Positions 52,944-63,400 are shown, numbered from the whole stretch's first letter. The stretch: 63,921 bases of DNA, filler included, from Acidimicrobiia bacterium (GCA_041619515.1; 4 parts of 4 records of this genome joined end to end with filler, not necessarily neighbours in it), one strand, 5' to 3'. A program made the numbers and translations. Notes: generated by a model from the sequence alone, not told the origin.

Positions 52944-55448
52944 TCAGGGGAGGTCGCGGGAGAGGGCTACCTGCAGGGCCGGAGTGCCGGACGTGAGGTA
53001 GGCGATGGCCCGCTCGTACTCGGGCGAGTCGTAGTAGTCGCTGTGCCCGTGCGGCTTGGGGTACGGATCGCCGGGCCGCGGGAAGCGGTCGTGCTCGACC
53101 AGCCCGACCGTGTTCGGATCGTCGATCGGGTTGAAGATGTTGGCCTCCGCCACATAGTCGGGCGGGCCCGAGGCCAGCGGTGTGCCGGTCTTCTCGTCTT
53201 CGCCCGCCACCGCGCCTCCGATCGGGTCGGTCAGGCGGTAGAGGTTGATCCACCGAGGAAGCTCGCTGTTCTTCCACCGCTGTGACAGCCGGGATATCGA
53301 CGGCGCGATCTGGTAGGGGAAGTAGCGAAGGTAGAGCCGCCCGATCGGACTGCCGTGTGTCACCAAGCTCACGCAATGGAAGCAATTGCGATTGCGAAGG
53401 CCGTCCAACGCCGCCAGCGCCAACACCGATCCCTGGCTATGGGCGGACAAGATCACGCGGGTATCGCCGCACTCATCAGACTGGCGGCTCAGCACGTCGA
53501 GCCGGGTGCGCAGCTCGGGCACCGCCCGGCCGGCGTAACTGGGAGGCGCCAGCGGGTGATACCAGCGGGGCCACAACGTCAGCACATCCCACAGCTTTGC
53601 CACGGTCTTGCGGGCGGTCTGGCTTCTGAACGTGCGCCGCACCAGCCACACCATCCCGATCGGCACGCCAACCGCCATGATCCAGGTGGACATGCCCGCC
53701 AGCCATCGCGGGCTGACGTCGAGCACCCAGTTGGACAGCCTTCCCCGCTCCACGGCCTGGCCACCGAGATCCACCGCCATCAGAAGGAATCCGAGCGAGA
53801 GGATGATGGCGAACGGAGTCTCGAACTTGGATACGAGCTTCCTGGCGGATCGCCGTCTCTGCACATCCTTGAGCCACTGTCTGCGGGACCTGAGCTCGGC
53901 CTGTTGGCGGACCTCTGCGACCCGGTTCTCAGGAGGCCTTCGGCCATGTTCGTCGGGATACATCTGGTGGAGCTCTGCCAGGTCCTCGGGAGGGTGAAAC
54001 AGCCACACGAGGATCGCTGCCAGGACCAGGACGATCGCAAGGATCAGGACACCGATCCCGTAGGCCTCGTATCCGACCGGGTATGCAATGTTTCCTTGCC
54101 CGCCGAGCATACGAGCGACGCCGGAACCCAGGCCTCCCAGCATCGTGAGCGCAAACAGATATCCCGTGAACAACGCCACCAGTGAGCCGAAGCGGCCAAA
54201 ACCAACCGGCGTCGGGTCGGAGCACTCCTCGAGCGGACACGGATATGTGACCGTCCGGCCGGACTTCCCACCGTAGAGACGGAACAGCGAGGTGATGAAC
54301 AGGGCGGCGACACCGAACATGACGAGAAGCAGCGAGTTCGTCATGGCCGGGACCGGCTCGATCCAGGCGCGATTCGCAGCCTCCAGCACCCGGCTGTTCT
54401 CTGCCGGCCAGACCAGCACTGCAAGCGCCGCGGCTGCCCACACCAGCATGGAAACATAGAGCAGGCCATGACTGAGGCGCCAATCCCGCTTCTCCGCCGC
54501 CTCGCTCGCCTCGGAGCCGTCCCGCCTCAGGGGCCGGTACACCCCACAGGCAACCGCCACCACCAGCAGCAGCACTGCGGCACCGTAACTCAGGAGCGTC
54601 AGCACCAGTTCTGTGGCGCCGTCGAAAGACACGCTGAGGGCCGCATCTGCTTCGGCCATCCGATAGAACCACACACCGGAGCCGGCCATCATCCAGGCGA
54701 GTGCCGCCAAGCCGGCGGCGAGGTGCAAGGATGCGAAATTGCCGAGCTGCTTGGAGCGCTTCCAGAACGTGTCATCGGCGAAGCTGTCGAGCTCGTCCTC
54801 CCGGATCTCGTGCGCGGGTGTCGCCTGGCTGGGGCCCTCAGGGTTGTCGAAGGGGTATTCCGCCTCGTAGCGGCCACGGGAAACGTGGCTCAGCTGCCAG
54901 AGGACGAATAGGAGAACCAGTGGGATGAGAGCGCCCACCACATAGCGGCGGCCCGGCTCACTGAAGAACGCTCCCTCGAAGAACTCGAGATAGAAGTACG
55001 ACTCACGGCACGCCTGTTGCCCGCCGCATTGATAGGCGGCGTAATCCGCCGTGAGGCTGGCGATCCAGGTGATGGCAACAACCGTCAGATAGAGGCCGAT
55101 CACCCGGATCAGCCCCTCCGCCAGCCGGCGCCAGCGTTCTCGCCCCGCCTTGGCCTTGAGCAGCATCCAGCCGGCGACGTTGATCAGCGCGAACGGTGCC
55201 AGCAGAACCCACAGCGCCCGGGTCCAACCCTGGGATGTGAGCCCTCCCCACGAGTACGCCTCTCGTACCTTCGCCTGCCCGGGAACTGAGTCGACCCGGC
55301 GCCGGAAAAAGCCGGCGGTTTCGTCCCCCCGGACCTGCACCACGTCGTCGGACGCCAGGAGGTCCTCGGGCCGAATCCCCCCAACCCCATGGACTCGCAG
55401 CTCAACCAGCCGAGCGTTGGCCGCCTCCGTGTGCTCGTAGGGTCGCAT
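52944..55448 (-). CDS. Large polytopic membrane protein with a split alpha/beta hydrolase fold
   Basis: N-terminal ELRVHGVGG; many TM helices; AHSQGS, TDPIG, HSDY; AGGAGG RBS. Confidence 0.8.
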   Translation of the reverse strand: MRPYEHTEAANARLVELRVHGVGGIRPEDLLASDDVVQVRGDETAGFFRRRVDSVPGQAKVREAYSWGGLTSQGWTRALWVLLAPFALINVAGWMLLKAKAGRERWRRLAEGLIRVIGLYLTVVAITWIASLTADYAAYQCGGQQACRESYFYLEFFEGAFFSEPGRRYVVGALIPLVLLFVLWQLSHVSRGRYEAEYPFDNPEGPSQATPAHEIREDELDSFADDTFWKRSKQLGNFASLHLAAGLAALAWMMAGSGVWFYRMAEADAALSVSFDGATELVLTLLSYGAAVLLLVVAVACGVYRPLRRDGSEASEAAEKRDWRLSHGLLYVSMLVWAAAALAVLVWPAENSRVLEAANRAWIEPVPAMTNSLLLVMFGVAALFITSLFRLYGGKSGRTVTYPCPLEECSDPTPVGFGRFGSLVALFTGYLFALTMLGGLGSGVARMLGGQGNIAYPVGYEAYGIGVLILAIVLVLAAILVWLFHPPEDLAELHQMYPDEHGRRPPENRVAEVRQQAELRSRRQWLKDVQRRRSARKLVSKFETPFAIILSLGFLLMAVDLGGQAVERGRLSNWVLDVSPRWLAGMSTWIMAVGVPIGMVWLVRRTFRSQTARKTVAKLWDVLTLWPRWYHPLAPPSYAGRAVPELRTRLDVLSRQSDECGDTRVILSAHSQGSVLALAALDGLRNRNCFHCVSLVTHGSPIGRLYLRYFPYQIAPSISRLSQRWKNSELPRWINLYRLTDPIGGAVAGEDEKTGTPLASGPPDYVAEANIFNPIDDPNTVGLVEHDRFPRPGDPYPKPHGHSDYYDSPEYERAIAYLTSGTPALQVALSRDLP

Positions 55449-55589
55449 TGCGCCACCTCCTACGAAAGGGCCTCGGTACCAGTGTGCGCACCATTTCCTC
55501 CCAGGGGATAGAGTCGAAGGCCCTCACACCCGGATGGCGCAGGTTCACGCCTCGATGACGAGGCGGGCTTCGCTTGACCGATCCGCGCC

Positions 55590-55640
<51 letters not shown>

Positions 55641-55645
55641 TGACG

Positions 55646-55674
55646 AGAAGACCCCGGCAATGCCTGGGTCTTCT
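55646..55674. terminator. Hairpin after the tRNA fragment
   Basis: AGAAGACCC...GGGTCTTCT stem. Confidence 0.55.
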
Positions 55675-55748
55675 GCTGCTTGGAGCGGGCTCCGGATCCT
55701 GGTTGCGAGCATCCTGAAGCCAGACTGAAGCCCAGCGGTCAGTGTGCT

Positions 55749-55849
55749 GGTTCGGTAGATACTGGACAGTGTGGTTCCGGTAGGTGGGTGACAGTTGCTG
55801 GACGCGGTTCCGGTAGGTGGGCGACAGTAGTTCCGGTAGGTGGGTGACA
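55749..55849 (+). repeat. Array of about 21-bp direct repeats at the IS left end
   Basis: GGTTCCGGTAGGTGGGYGACA-type copies at 55773, 55806 and 55829, plus a degenerate copy at 55749. Confidence 0.9.
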
Positions 55850-55926
55850 CTTCGCGAAATCCCCTGTTGTGGGGCCTGGTGCTTCTTCGATGGCGGCTGA
55901 GGTCGTTATTGAAGGAGGGGTTGGTC

Positions 55927-57384
55927 GTGTTAGTGGAGTTGGGGCTGGTGGAGCAGCGGTATCAGGCGGTGACAGAGGTCCTGCGGGATGGGTTGTCGGT
56001 GACGGAGGTGGCCCGCCGCTATGGGGTGACTCGCCAAACGGTGCATGCCTGGCTGCGACGCTATGCCCGCGATGGGATTGGGGGGTTGGTGGATCGGAGT
56101 TCCCGGCCGGCGTCGTGCCCGCATCAGATGCCGGCGGTGATTGAGGCACGGGTGGTGGAGTTACGAAGAGCCCATCCGAGCTGGGGGCCACTCAGTATTG
56201 GCTATCAGTTGGAGCAGGAGGGGGTGGATCCGACGCCGTCGAGGTCGGGGATCTATCGGGCATTGCTGCGTCATGGGTTGGTGGATCCCCGGGCGCGTCG
56301 GCGACGCCGGTCTGATTACAAGCGGTGGGAACGGGCCCGGGCGATGGAGTTGTGGCAGATGGACGTAATGGGCAGCGTCCGGCTGACAGATGACTCGGAG
56401 GTGAAAGTGATCACCGGGATTGATGACCATTCGAGGTTCTGTGTCTCAGCCAAGATCGTGCGTCGAGCCACCGCCAAACCAGTGTGTGAGGCGTTAGCCG
56501 ACGCGATGCGCCGCCAGGGGGTGCCCGAGCAGATCCTCACGGACAATGGGAAGGTGTTCACCGGACGGTTCGGCCCCGGCACCGGTGAAGTGCTCTTTGA
56601 TCGGATCTGCCGGGAGAACGGCATTCGCCATCTGCTTACCGCTCCTCGGTCACCCACCACCACCGGGAAGGTGGAACGGTTCCACAAGACCATCCGGGGA
56701 GATTTCCTCGCCGGCAAGACCTTCGAGACGCTCGAGGACGCCCAGGCTGCACTCGACGGGTGGGTGGAGTATTACAACACCGAACGGCCTCATCAGGGCA
56801 TCGGGATGGTGCCACCGGTTGAACGGTTCCGCCTGGCCGTGGCCGAACCATTGGAACTCATCGAATCCCCCGACGATGCCGAGGAGTCGCCGTCTCTGCC
56901 GACCCCTCCTCAGGTGACGCGCCGGGTCACTGCCACGGGCCGGATCAGTCTGTTGGGGTTCTCCTATCACGTTGGCACCTGGCTGGCCGGTGAGACCGTT
57001 GAGGTTGTAAGCCGCGACGGTGTGATCGAGTTGCTCCACCGGGGAGTGCTGGTCGCTACCCACGCCCGCCGACACCCACCAGGCATGGAACCAGAACTAG
57101 AACGACGCTACGCAGCTCGAGCCCCGGCCCGACCCCCCACCGTCGGAGTGCCGGTGACCCGCAAGGTCGACTCGAGCGGCAACATCAGCTTCGCCGCCAC
57201 CACCTACCGAGTTGGCAACGCCCACAAAGGCCAATCAGTCCAGGTCGCCGTAATCGGCGACACCGTTGAGATCAGCCTCAACGACAAGATGATCCGCACC
57301 CACCAAGTCCGACATGACCGTGCCAAAGAACACGGTGCCTTCGCTAACCCCGGTGGTCGACCACGCAGAATCAACGCCGCCTAA
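55927..57384 (+). CDS. IS481-family transposase
   Basis: HTH VARRYGVTRQTVHAW, LWQMD, IDDHSR, TDNG, GKVERFH, YNTERPHQG; GAAGGAGG RBS. Confidence 0.95.
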   Translation: MLVELGLVEQRYQAVTEVLRDGLSVTEVARRYGVTRQTVHAWLRRYARDGIGGLVDRSSRPASCPHQMPAVIEARVVELRRAHPSWGPLSIGYQLEQEGVDPTPSRSGIYRALLRHGLVDPRARRRRRSDYKRWERARAMELWQMDVMGSVRLTDDSEVKVITGIDDHSRFCVSAKIVRRATAKPVCEALADAMRRQGVPEQILTDNGKVFTGRFGPGTGEVLFDRICRENGIRHLLTAPRSPTTTGKVERFHKTIRGDFLAGKTFETLEDAQAALDGWVEYYNTERPHQGIGMVPPVERFRLAVAEPLELIESPDDAEESPSLPTPPQVTRRVTATGRISLLGFSYHVGTWLAGETVEVVSRDGVIELLHRGVLVATHARRHPPGMEPELERRYAARAPARPPTVGVPVTRKVDSSGNISFAATTYRVGNAHKGQSVQVAVIGDTVEISLNDKMIRTHQVRHDRAKEHGAFANPGGRPRRINAA

Positions 57385-57465
57385 ACCCGCTACCCAGTGT
57401 CATGTAGGAACCGGAACCCAAGTGTCACGCGGGTACCGACACTTGACAACGCGATGCGGCTGGAG

Positions 57466-57565
57466 NNNNNNNNNNNNNNNNNNNNNNNNNNNNNNNNNNN
57501 NNNNNNNNNTTAATTAATTAANNNNNNNNNNNNNNNNNNNNNNNNNNNNNNNNNNNNNNNNNNNN
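57466..57565. other. Artificial contig linker
   Basis: N-TTAATTAATTAA-N. Confidence 0.99.
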
Positions 57566-57567
57566 AG

Positions 57568-57795
57568 ACGGCGGCTCAGGCAGCCGAGTGCGGCGGCACC
57601 GAAGGTGAGCAGTACGACCCGTGCTATCACCTGGCGTGTGACACGTTCGACAACAACAGCAACACCGCGCTCGGCCAGATGTCGGACGCGGCCGCGTTCG
57701 CCATCCTCACGTTCTCTATGAACACAGAGTCGGTCAACGGCGTAGCGGGCAAGGGCAATTTCAAGCCCCAGAACCAGCTGAAGGCCGTCGGCTAG
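57568..57795 (+). CDS. M28-family aminopeptidase, C-terminal fragment
   Basis: GGTEGEQYDPCYHLACDTFDN. Confidence 0.8.
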   Translation, partial: TAAQAAECGGTEGEQYDPCYHLACDTFDNNSNTALGQMSDAAAFAILTFSMNTESVNGVAGKGNFKPQNQLKAVG

Positions 57796-57836
57796 CACGG
57801 TCCTATCGGCGCGATGGCTCCCGGTAGCGTGGCCGC

Positions 57837-58001
57837 ATGCGAGTGACCGTCGTCGGCGCCGGAGTGATCGGGCTCACCTCGGCCATTCGGCTGCGGCAGG
57901 CGGGCTTCGAAGCCGACATCATCGCCGGGGCCATCTGGTATCCCTACCGGTCGGCGGCGGACTCCCGGGAAGCGGAGCTAGCGCGGCCCGCCTCCGTCTA
58001 G
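57837..58001 (+). pseudogene. Truncated duplicate of the D-amino-acid oxidase 5' end
   Basis: 57823-57975 is identical to 59484-59675 except for a 39-bp deletion. Confidence 0.9.
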
Positions 58002-59188
58002 AGGGCGGCGAGGAACTCGGCGAGCAGTCGCTCGTACCCGGCGGGATTCAGGTTCCACGACTCGAGGTGTCGAGCGTCCTCGATCCGGTGGTAAGACACC
58101 AGGTCGGGACGAAGCTCGGCGAGCTCATCGCTGGTGTCGACCGGGACGATGTCGTCCTCGACTCCATGGAAGAGCAGGATGGGAGTGCTGAGCTCCTCGA
58201 CCCGTTCGAGATAGTCGAGACGATCCCATTCGAGGTCGAAGCGGATTCCTGCCAACCACTTGGCGGTGGCCGTGAGGGTGTCCGGGATCGGCAGCCCGAT
58301 GAGCGGCAAGCTCCGGTTCTCGGCGCCGAGGTCGACGGCGGCCCCCAGGTCGAGCATGGGAGCGTCGAGCACCACGCCCTTGACCCGCCCGGCCAACGTC
58401 GACTCGTACAGGAAGCTGGTGACGATTCCTCCGCCCATGCTGTAGCCGACGAGCACGACGTCGTCCGCCCCCTCGGCGAGGGCGAACTCAACCGCCGCCT
58501 CGACGTCCTCCCATTCGGTCAGCCCGTATTCGAGCCGTCCGGACGGATCGGCCGGCGCTCGCGGATGGTTGCGGTAGGTGATCACGAGTGCCGGATATCC
58601 GCCGTCGACGATCGTCGGCAAAGGCTTGAGCACGTCCCGGCGGGTGAGCCCGTTTCCATGCACCAGCACCACCCAGGTGTCACCGGTTCCGTCGATGAGC
58701 CAGGCGGGGTTCTCCCCCAGGGGAGAGGTGTAGGTGATCTCGGTGAACGCCAAGCCGTGGGCCGACATGGGATCGCCGGGATAGGCCCGGACGTCGAGGT
58801 CGGCGAGCTCGCCGATCGCCGGTGCACTCCCTGATAGGAGGTTGAGCTTCCATTCAACGGTCTCGTCGCCGACCGTGATCAGCTCGGTGAGCTGCCCGTA
58901 GCCGCTCGGCCATTCCAGGCCCCAGACGCCGGGAACGAGCAGTTCATCAGGGCCGTCGGTGGTGGAGAGGATCACGGAGGCCCCACCGGATGCGACTACC
59001 GCTGTTTCGAACTCGGCAGTGCTCGGGTCCGGCTCGAGGGCCGACGAATAGATCTGCCCGGAGAAGTACCAGCCTCCAGCGAGATGGAACAACAGCAGGA
59101 TGCCCACCACCAGTGCCGACCACCTGATGAACGGCCGGTATCGGCGCATGCGGTCCGACGATGGGCCGGGCAGGGGCTCCATAGTCAA
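57998..59188 (-). CDS. Membrane-anchored alpha/beta hydrolase
   Basis: N-terminal TM, VLVHG, GYSMGG, HGVEDDIVP, ARHLESWN; start uncertain. Confidence 0.88.
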   Translation of the reverse strand: MTMEPLPGPSSDRMRRYRPFIRWSALVVGILLLFHLAGGWYFSGQIYSSALEPDPSTAEFETAVVASGGASVILSTTDGPDELLVPGVWGLEWPSGYGQLTELITVGDETVEWKLNLLSGSAPAIGELADLDVRAYPGDPMSAHGLAFTEITYTSPLGENPAWLIDGTGDTWVVLVHGNGLTRRDVLKPLPTIVDGGYPALVITYRNHPRAPADPSGRLEYGLTEWEDVEAAVEFALAEGADDVVLVGYSMGGGIVTSFLYESTLAGRVKGVVLDAPMLDLGAAVDLGAENRSLPLIGLPIPDTLTATAKWLAGIRFDLEWDRLDYLERVEELSTPILLFHGVEDDIVPVDTSDELAELRPDLVSYHRIEDARHLESWNLNPAGYERLLAEFLAAL

Positions 59189-59497
59189 CTCCCCCGCAGC
59201 AAGTCCTCAACTGCTCGTTCCCAGTGGTACCCATGCGCCGAGGAAGTGGATAGTGCCGAAAGGCCTTGGGCATCGAGGTCCCGCTGAGCCGGGCCGTCGC
59301 CATCTCAAGAGTGGGTGCGTGGCAACCACGCCGACCAGTATCCGGTGGTGTTCGACGACGAATGGGGATGGGGCGGAGTCCCCTCCGACCCGTGCTGTCC
59401 CATCAACGTGACGCCGGAGGCCGCGCAGGTTCACGCGACGTTGATACCCGAGTGGCTGGCGACGTTGGCCGACGAATAGGCCGGGTAGCGTGGCCGC

Positions 59498-60451
59498 ATG
59501 CGAGTGACCGTCGTCGGCGCCGGAGTGATCGGGCTCACCTCGGCCATTCGGCTGCGGCAGGCGGGCTTCGAAGCCGACATCATCGCCGCCGAGCTGCCGC
59601 TCGAGACGGTCGCCTCCTCTGTTGCCGGGGCCATCTGGTATCCCTACCGGTCGGCGGCGGACTCCCGGGAAGCGGCCTGGGGCCGCATCTCACTGTCTGT
59701 TTTCGTTGAGGCCGCCCGAACCGGGCTGCCCGGCCTTGCGCTCAAGGAGATGGTGGATCTGCGGCCCTCACCCGCTCCCGATCCGTGGTGGGCGGACCCC
59801 GATCGGGGGTTTCGGCGGTGCGAATCGTCGGAGCTGCGAGGCGGATATGTAGACGGGTACGTGCAGGAGACCGCCGTCATCGATGTCGTGCCGCATCTCG
59901 CCCACCTGGCAGACACGTTGGAGCGGCTGGAGGGCGCCATCACCCGAGCCCGGGTCGAAGATCTGGCCGACCTTGCCGCTCCCGACCGGATCGTTGTCAA
60001 CTGCTCCGGGGTGGGAGCGCGCCACCTGGCGGGGGATCGCGACGTGCACCCGGTCCGGGGTCAGGTCGTGCGGGTGCGGGGGGAGACGGTGGACCGCGTC
60101 ACGATCGTCGACGAGGGGCCCCTGGCGTACGCCTACGTCATGCCGCACGGGCCCGAGTGCGTGCTGGGCGGGACCCGCCACCCCGGCGCCTGGGATCGGA
60201 CGCCCGACGATGCGGTTACCGAACAGATACTCGAGAAGGCGGTCATTCTCGAACCCTCCCTGGCCGGCGCCGACGTGGTCGGCGTCAAAGTCGGCCTCCG
60301 GCCCGGGCGTGAGCAGGTTCGTCTCGAGCACGAGCACATCCCCGGAACCCCCGGAGTCATCCACAACTACGGACACGGTGGCAACGGCTGGTCGCTGTCG
60401 TGGGGCTGTGCCGATGAGGTGGTTGCGATCGCCCAGGGGCTCGCGGCGTAG
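59498..60451 (+). CDS. FAD-dependent D-amino-acid oxidase
   Basis: GAGVIG, VRGQV, GLRPGR, HNYGHGGNG. Confidence 0.92.
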   Translation: MRVTVVGAGVIGLTSAIRLRQAGFEADIIAAELPLETVASSVAGAIWYPYRSAADSREAAWGRISLSVFVEAARTGLPGLALKEMVDLRPSPAPDPWWADPDRGFRRCESSELRGGYVDGYVQETAVIDVVPHLAHLADTLERLEGAITRARVEDLADLAAPDRIVVNCSGVGARHLAGDRDVHPVRGQVVRVRGETVDRVTIVDEGPLAYAYVMPHGPECVLGGTRHPGAWDRTPDDAVTEQILEKAVILEPSLAGADVVGVKVGLRPGREQVRLEHEHIPGTPGVIHNYGHGGNGWSLSWGCADEVVAIAQGLAA

Positions 60452-60471
60452 CAGGCCCCCGGGCCGTCCGT

Positions 60472-63400
60472 TCAGCCGCCCCGCAGGAACGCCTCGACTC
60501 TCGTCACGATGTCATCGACGAGGGCCTCGACCGTTTCCCGGCGGTGAAGGTTGGTGCTGAAGACCGTTGTCAACTCGATGTCGCCGTTTGTGATCTCGAC
60601 GTACACGGCCAGCGAGTGATCTCGTAGACCGCTCGGCGCCGAGTCGGGACCGCGCGCCTCGTCGACGGGCACGAGGAACGAATCCGGGTCGGCCGCAATC
60701 CTCCGCCCGACGAAGTTGAACAGCACTTCGGCACGCGGGAGCGCCCGCAGCTCGTGATGGCGAGGGCCGTCGGGGCCCAGGTATCTGAGGGCATCGATCG
60801 TCCACCTTCGCTCTGCGTCCGTCCTGATCTGCTCAACGTAGGATGCCAGGCCGCCGCCCGGCTCGGCTTCGACGAGGAGCGGCGAATACGAGAGAAAGAA
60901 TCCGGTGGTCCGGGATATGTCGATGTCGGAGCCGAACTGGCGGCGCCCGTGACCGATGGAATCGATGAGCACATGGGACGACCCGGTCCAGGTGCCGAGC
61001 GCCCCGGAGAGAGCGGCCAGCACCAGCTCGTCCACCCGAGCGTCGCCACCGTCTCGGCCCGCACCCATCGCCCCCCGAATCGTCACCGTGACGGCCTCGG
61101 CCGATTCGTTGCTGTTCGGCCCGAGGTGGGGCTGGTGGTCGACGGGAATTGGGGCAATCCGGTCCCACGGAAGCGAGAGCCAGTGCTCGAGGTCGTCATC
61201 GGCAGCCGGGCTCGTGGTGTACTCGGCGAGAGCCGTGGTCCACGCCTGGAACGAGTCGGTCTTTGGACTCAGCTCTACGGCCTGTGAGGCGGCGAGCTGT
61301 CGGTAGGCGACCTGCAGATCGTTGACGATCTGCAGCAGCGATATCCGGTCGGCAGCGAGATGGTGGGCGGCCAGAAACAGCCGCTGGGCGCCGGAGCCGA
61401 GCTCAAAGAGGGCGGCGGCTACCAACGGGCCCGCCTTCAACGAGAGGCTGCGCTGCAGGCCGGCCGCGATTTCGGCGACCGCGCCGGGCTGCTCCGGCCC
61501 GGGGGTGGCGGCGAGATCGACATGTCGGAACGTCCAGTGGTCGCCGGCCAAGCCCTCGCTTCGCTGAACCCAGCGGTCGTCGTCGCGCCACAGGCGGAGC
61601 CGCAGCGAATCGTGATGGCGGACGATCTCTCCGACCGCGCGGTCGACGAGCTCGGCTTCGAGGTGCTCCCGGGGAGCCGCCAGCAGTGAGACGTTGAAAT
61701 GGTCGGGATCTGGAGATCCGCGAAGAAGGAACCTGAGCTGTCCCGGCGACAGGGGAACCGGGCCCTCGACCAGCTCCTCGCCGTCCCGGGAACCATCGCC
61801 GCTGCCGCTGCCCAATGTGGAGATCTGTTCGTGCAGCTCCCGGATCGTCGGGGCGTCGAACACCAGGTTCAGCGGAACGGTCACCCCGAACGCATGGCTG
61901 AGGCGGTCGGCCATGCGAGCGACCTGAAGCGAGTCTCCACCCAGCGCGAAGAAGTCGTCGTCGACCCCGATCGTCTCGAACCCGAGCAGGTCCCGCCAGA
62001 TGGCGGTGATTGCTTCGATCCCATCGGCCGTGACCGGAGGGGTTTCCCCGCCGGACGGTTCGTCCTCCAGTGCCCGCTCCAGGAAGGGCGAGACCACCGA
62101 GACGTCCCGGCGAATCCGCGCCCCCAGGTCGGTCGTCGAGATGTAGAGCTGCGGATGCCCGGCGGCCAGCGCCCGGGAGAACACCTGCACGCCCTCCTCC
62201 GGGGTGAAGGAGTGGAGGGGATCCATGAGGGTGATGTCGTCGTAGCCGTAGCTGTCGGAAAAGGCCCCGGCGGCCCGCACCGACATTCCGACCTCCAGCC
62301 AGTCGTCCCAGGCGACGGTGATGACCGGTGTGCCGTTGCCCATGCGGTAGGGGGCTGCTTCCACAAAGCTGTTGGCGGTGATGTAGCCGACCTGCGCGAA
62401 GCGATTGTGATACAGCATGGTGGCGATGGAGGAGGACAGCATCACGAAGTCGAGCGAGCGGTCCGAGAAGATGCGCTCCAGCACCAGGGCCCCGTATATC
62501 TTCGATGCGATCACCGCCTCGGCGGCCTGCCGGCTCCGCCGGTGGATGGCGCCGGCCGAGTCGGCGACCCCGGCGGCATAGATGACACCGTCGATCCGCC
62601 CGAACTCGGCCTCTGCCGCCTCCCGGACCCGCTGCATTGCCGCTTCGTCGGCAGCGTCCGCCTTCACCACCAGCAGGCCCTCGGCCGCCTGTTCCACTTG
62701 CTTGAGCTGCAGCAGCCGCCGTTCGAGCTCCGGGTCGACGGTTTCGTCGCTGGGGTCGGGGCGGCCGGACCGGCTGGTGAGCACCAGCCTGGCCCGATGG
62801 TGCTCGGCGAGATGCCCGGCGATGCTGAGGCCGACACCTCCCAGGCCGCCGACGATCAGGTACACGCCGCCGTTCTTGATTCGGGAGTCTTGCGGGGAGG
62901 GCGCAGGTATCCGCACCGGCGCCACGTCGTGGGCCCATCGGTGGCGGCCCCGCAGGGCGATGACGACATCGCCTGGCTCCGACTGGAGCTCGGCGACCAG
63001 AAGCGCCGCCGGCGTGGCGCCGCTCAGTGGCTCGCTCAGGTCGATGTTCCGGCACGCCAGGTTGGCGTATTCGAGGGGTATCACCTTGCAGGGCCCGAGC
63101 ACGGCGGAGGCGTGGGGCTGAACGGTCTCCTCGCCGGTCACGCTGTGGGCCCCGCTGGTCACCACCTCCAGCCGGCATGGGCGGGTGGCGTCCTGCTTGG
63201 CCAGCGCCCGGGCGATGGCAAGCACGCTGTTGACGCCGAGATCGAGCGCCCCGGAGAGCTCGTCCATCGTGGCGGCGGGCAGATGGGAAGCGGTCCAGAG
63301 GTGAACCACGGCATCCGGCAGCAGGGAATCGGCGGCCAGCGCAGCGAACAACTTGACATAGTCGTCGTCCGAGGCCGGATCGATCCGGAAGGCCCCGTCG

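Larger units (their letters stand above)
55743..57448 (+). mobile_element. IS481-family insertion sequence
   Basis: TGT...ACA ends; 26-bp imperfect terminal IRs; single DDE transposase. Confidence 0.85.

Noticed and set aside
55749..55849. Repeat array as a mini-CRISPR
   Set aside because: Spacers are only 2-12 bp, no cas genes are present, and inverted copies occur at the other IS end, so these are transposon end repeats
59084..59479. UGA read-through selenoprotein at 59285
   Set aside because: The upstream frame is an antisense shadow of the hydrolase gene, with no redox motif or evident SECIS
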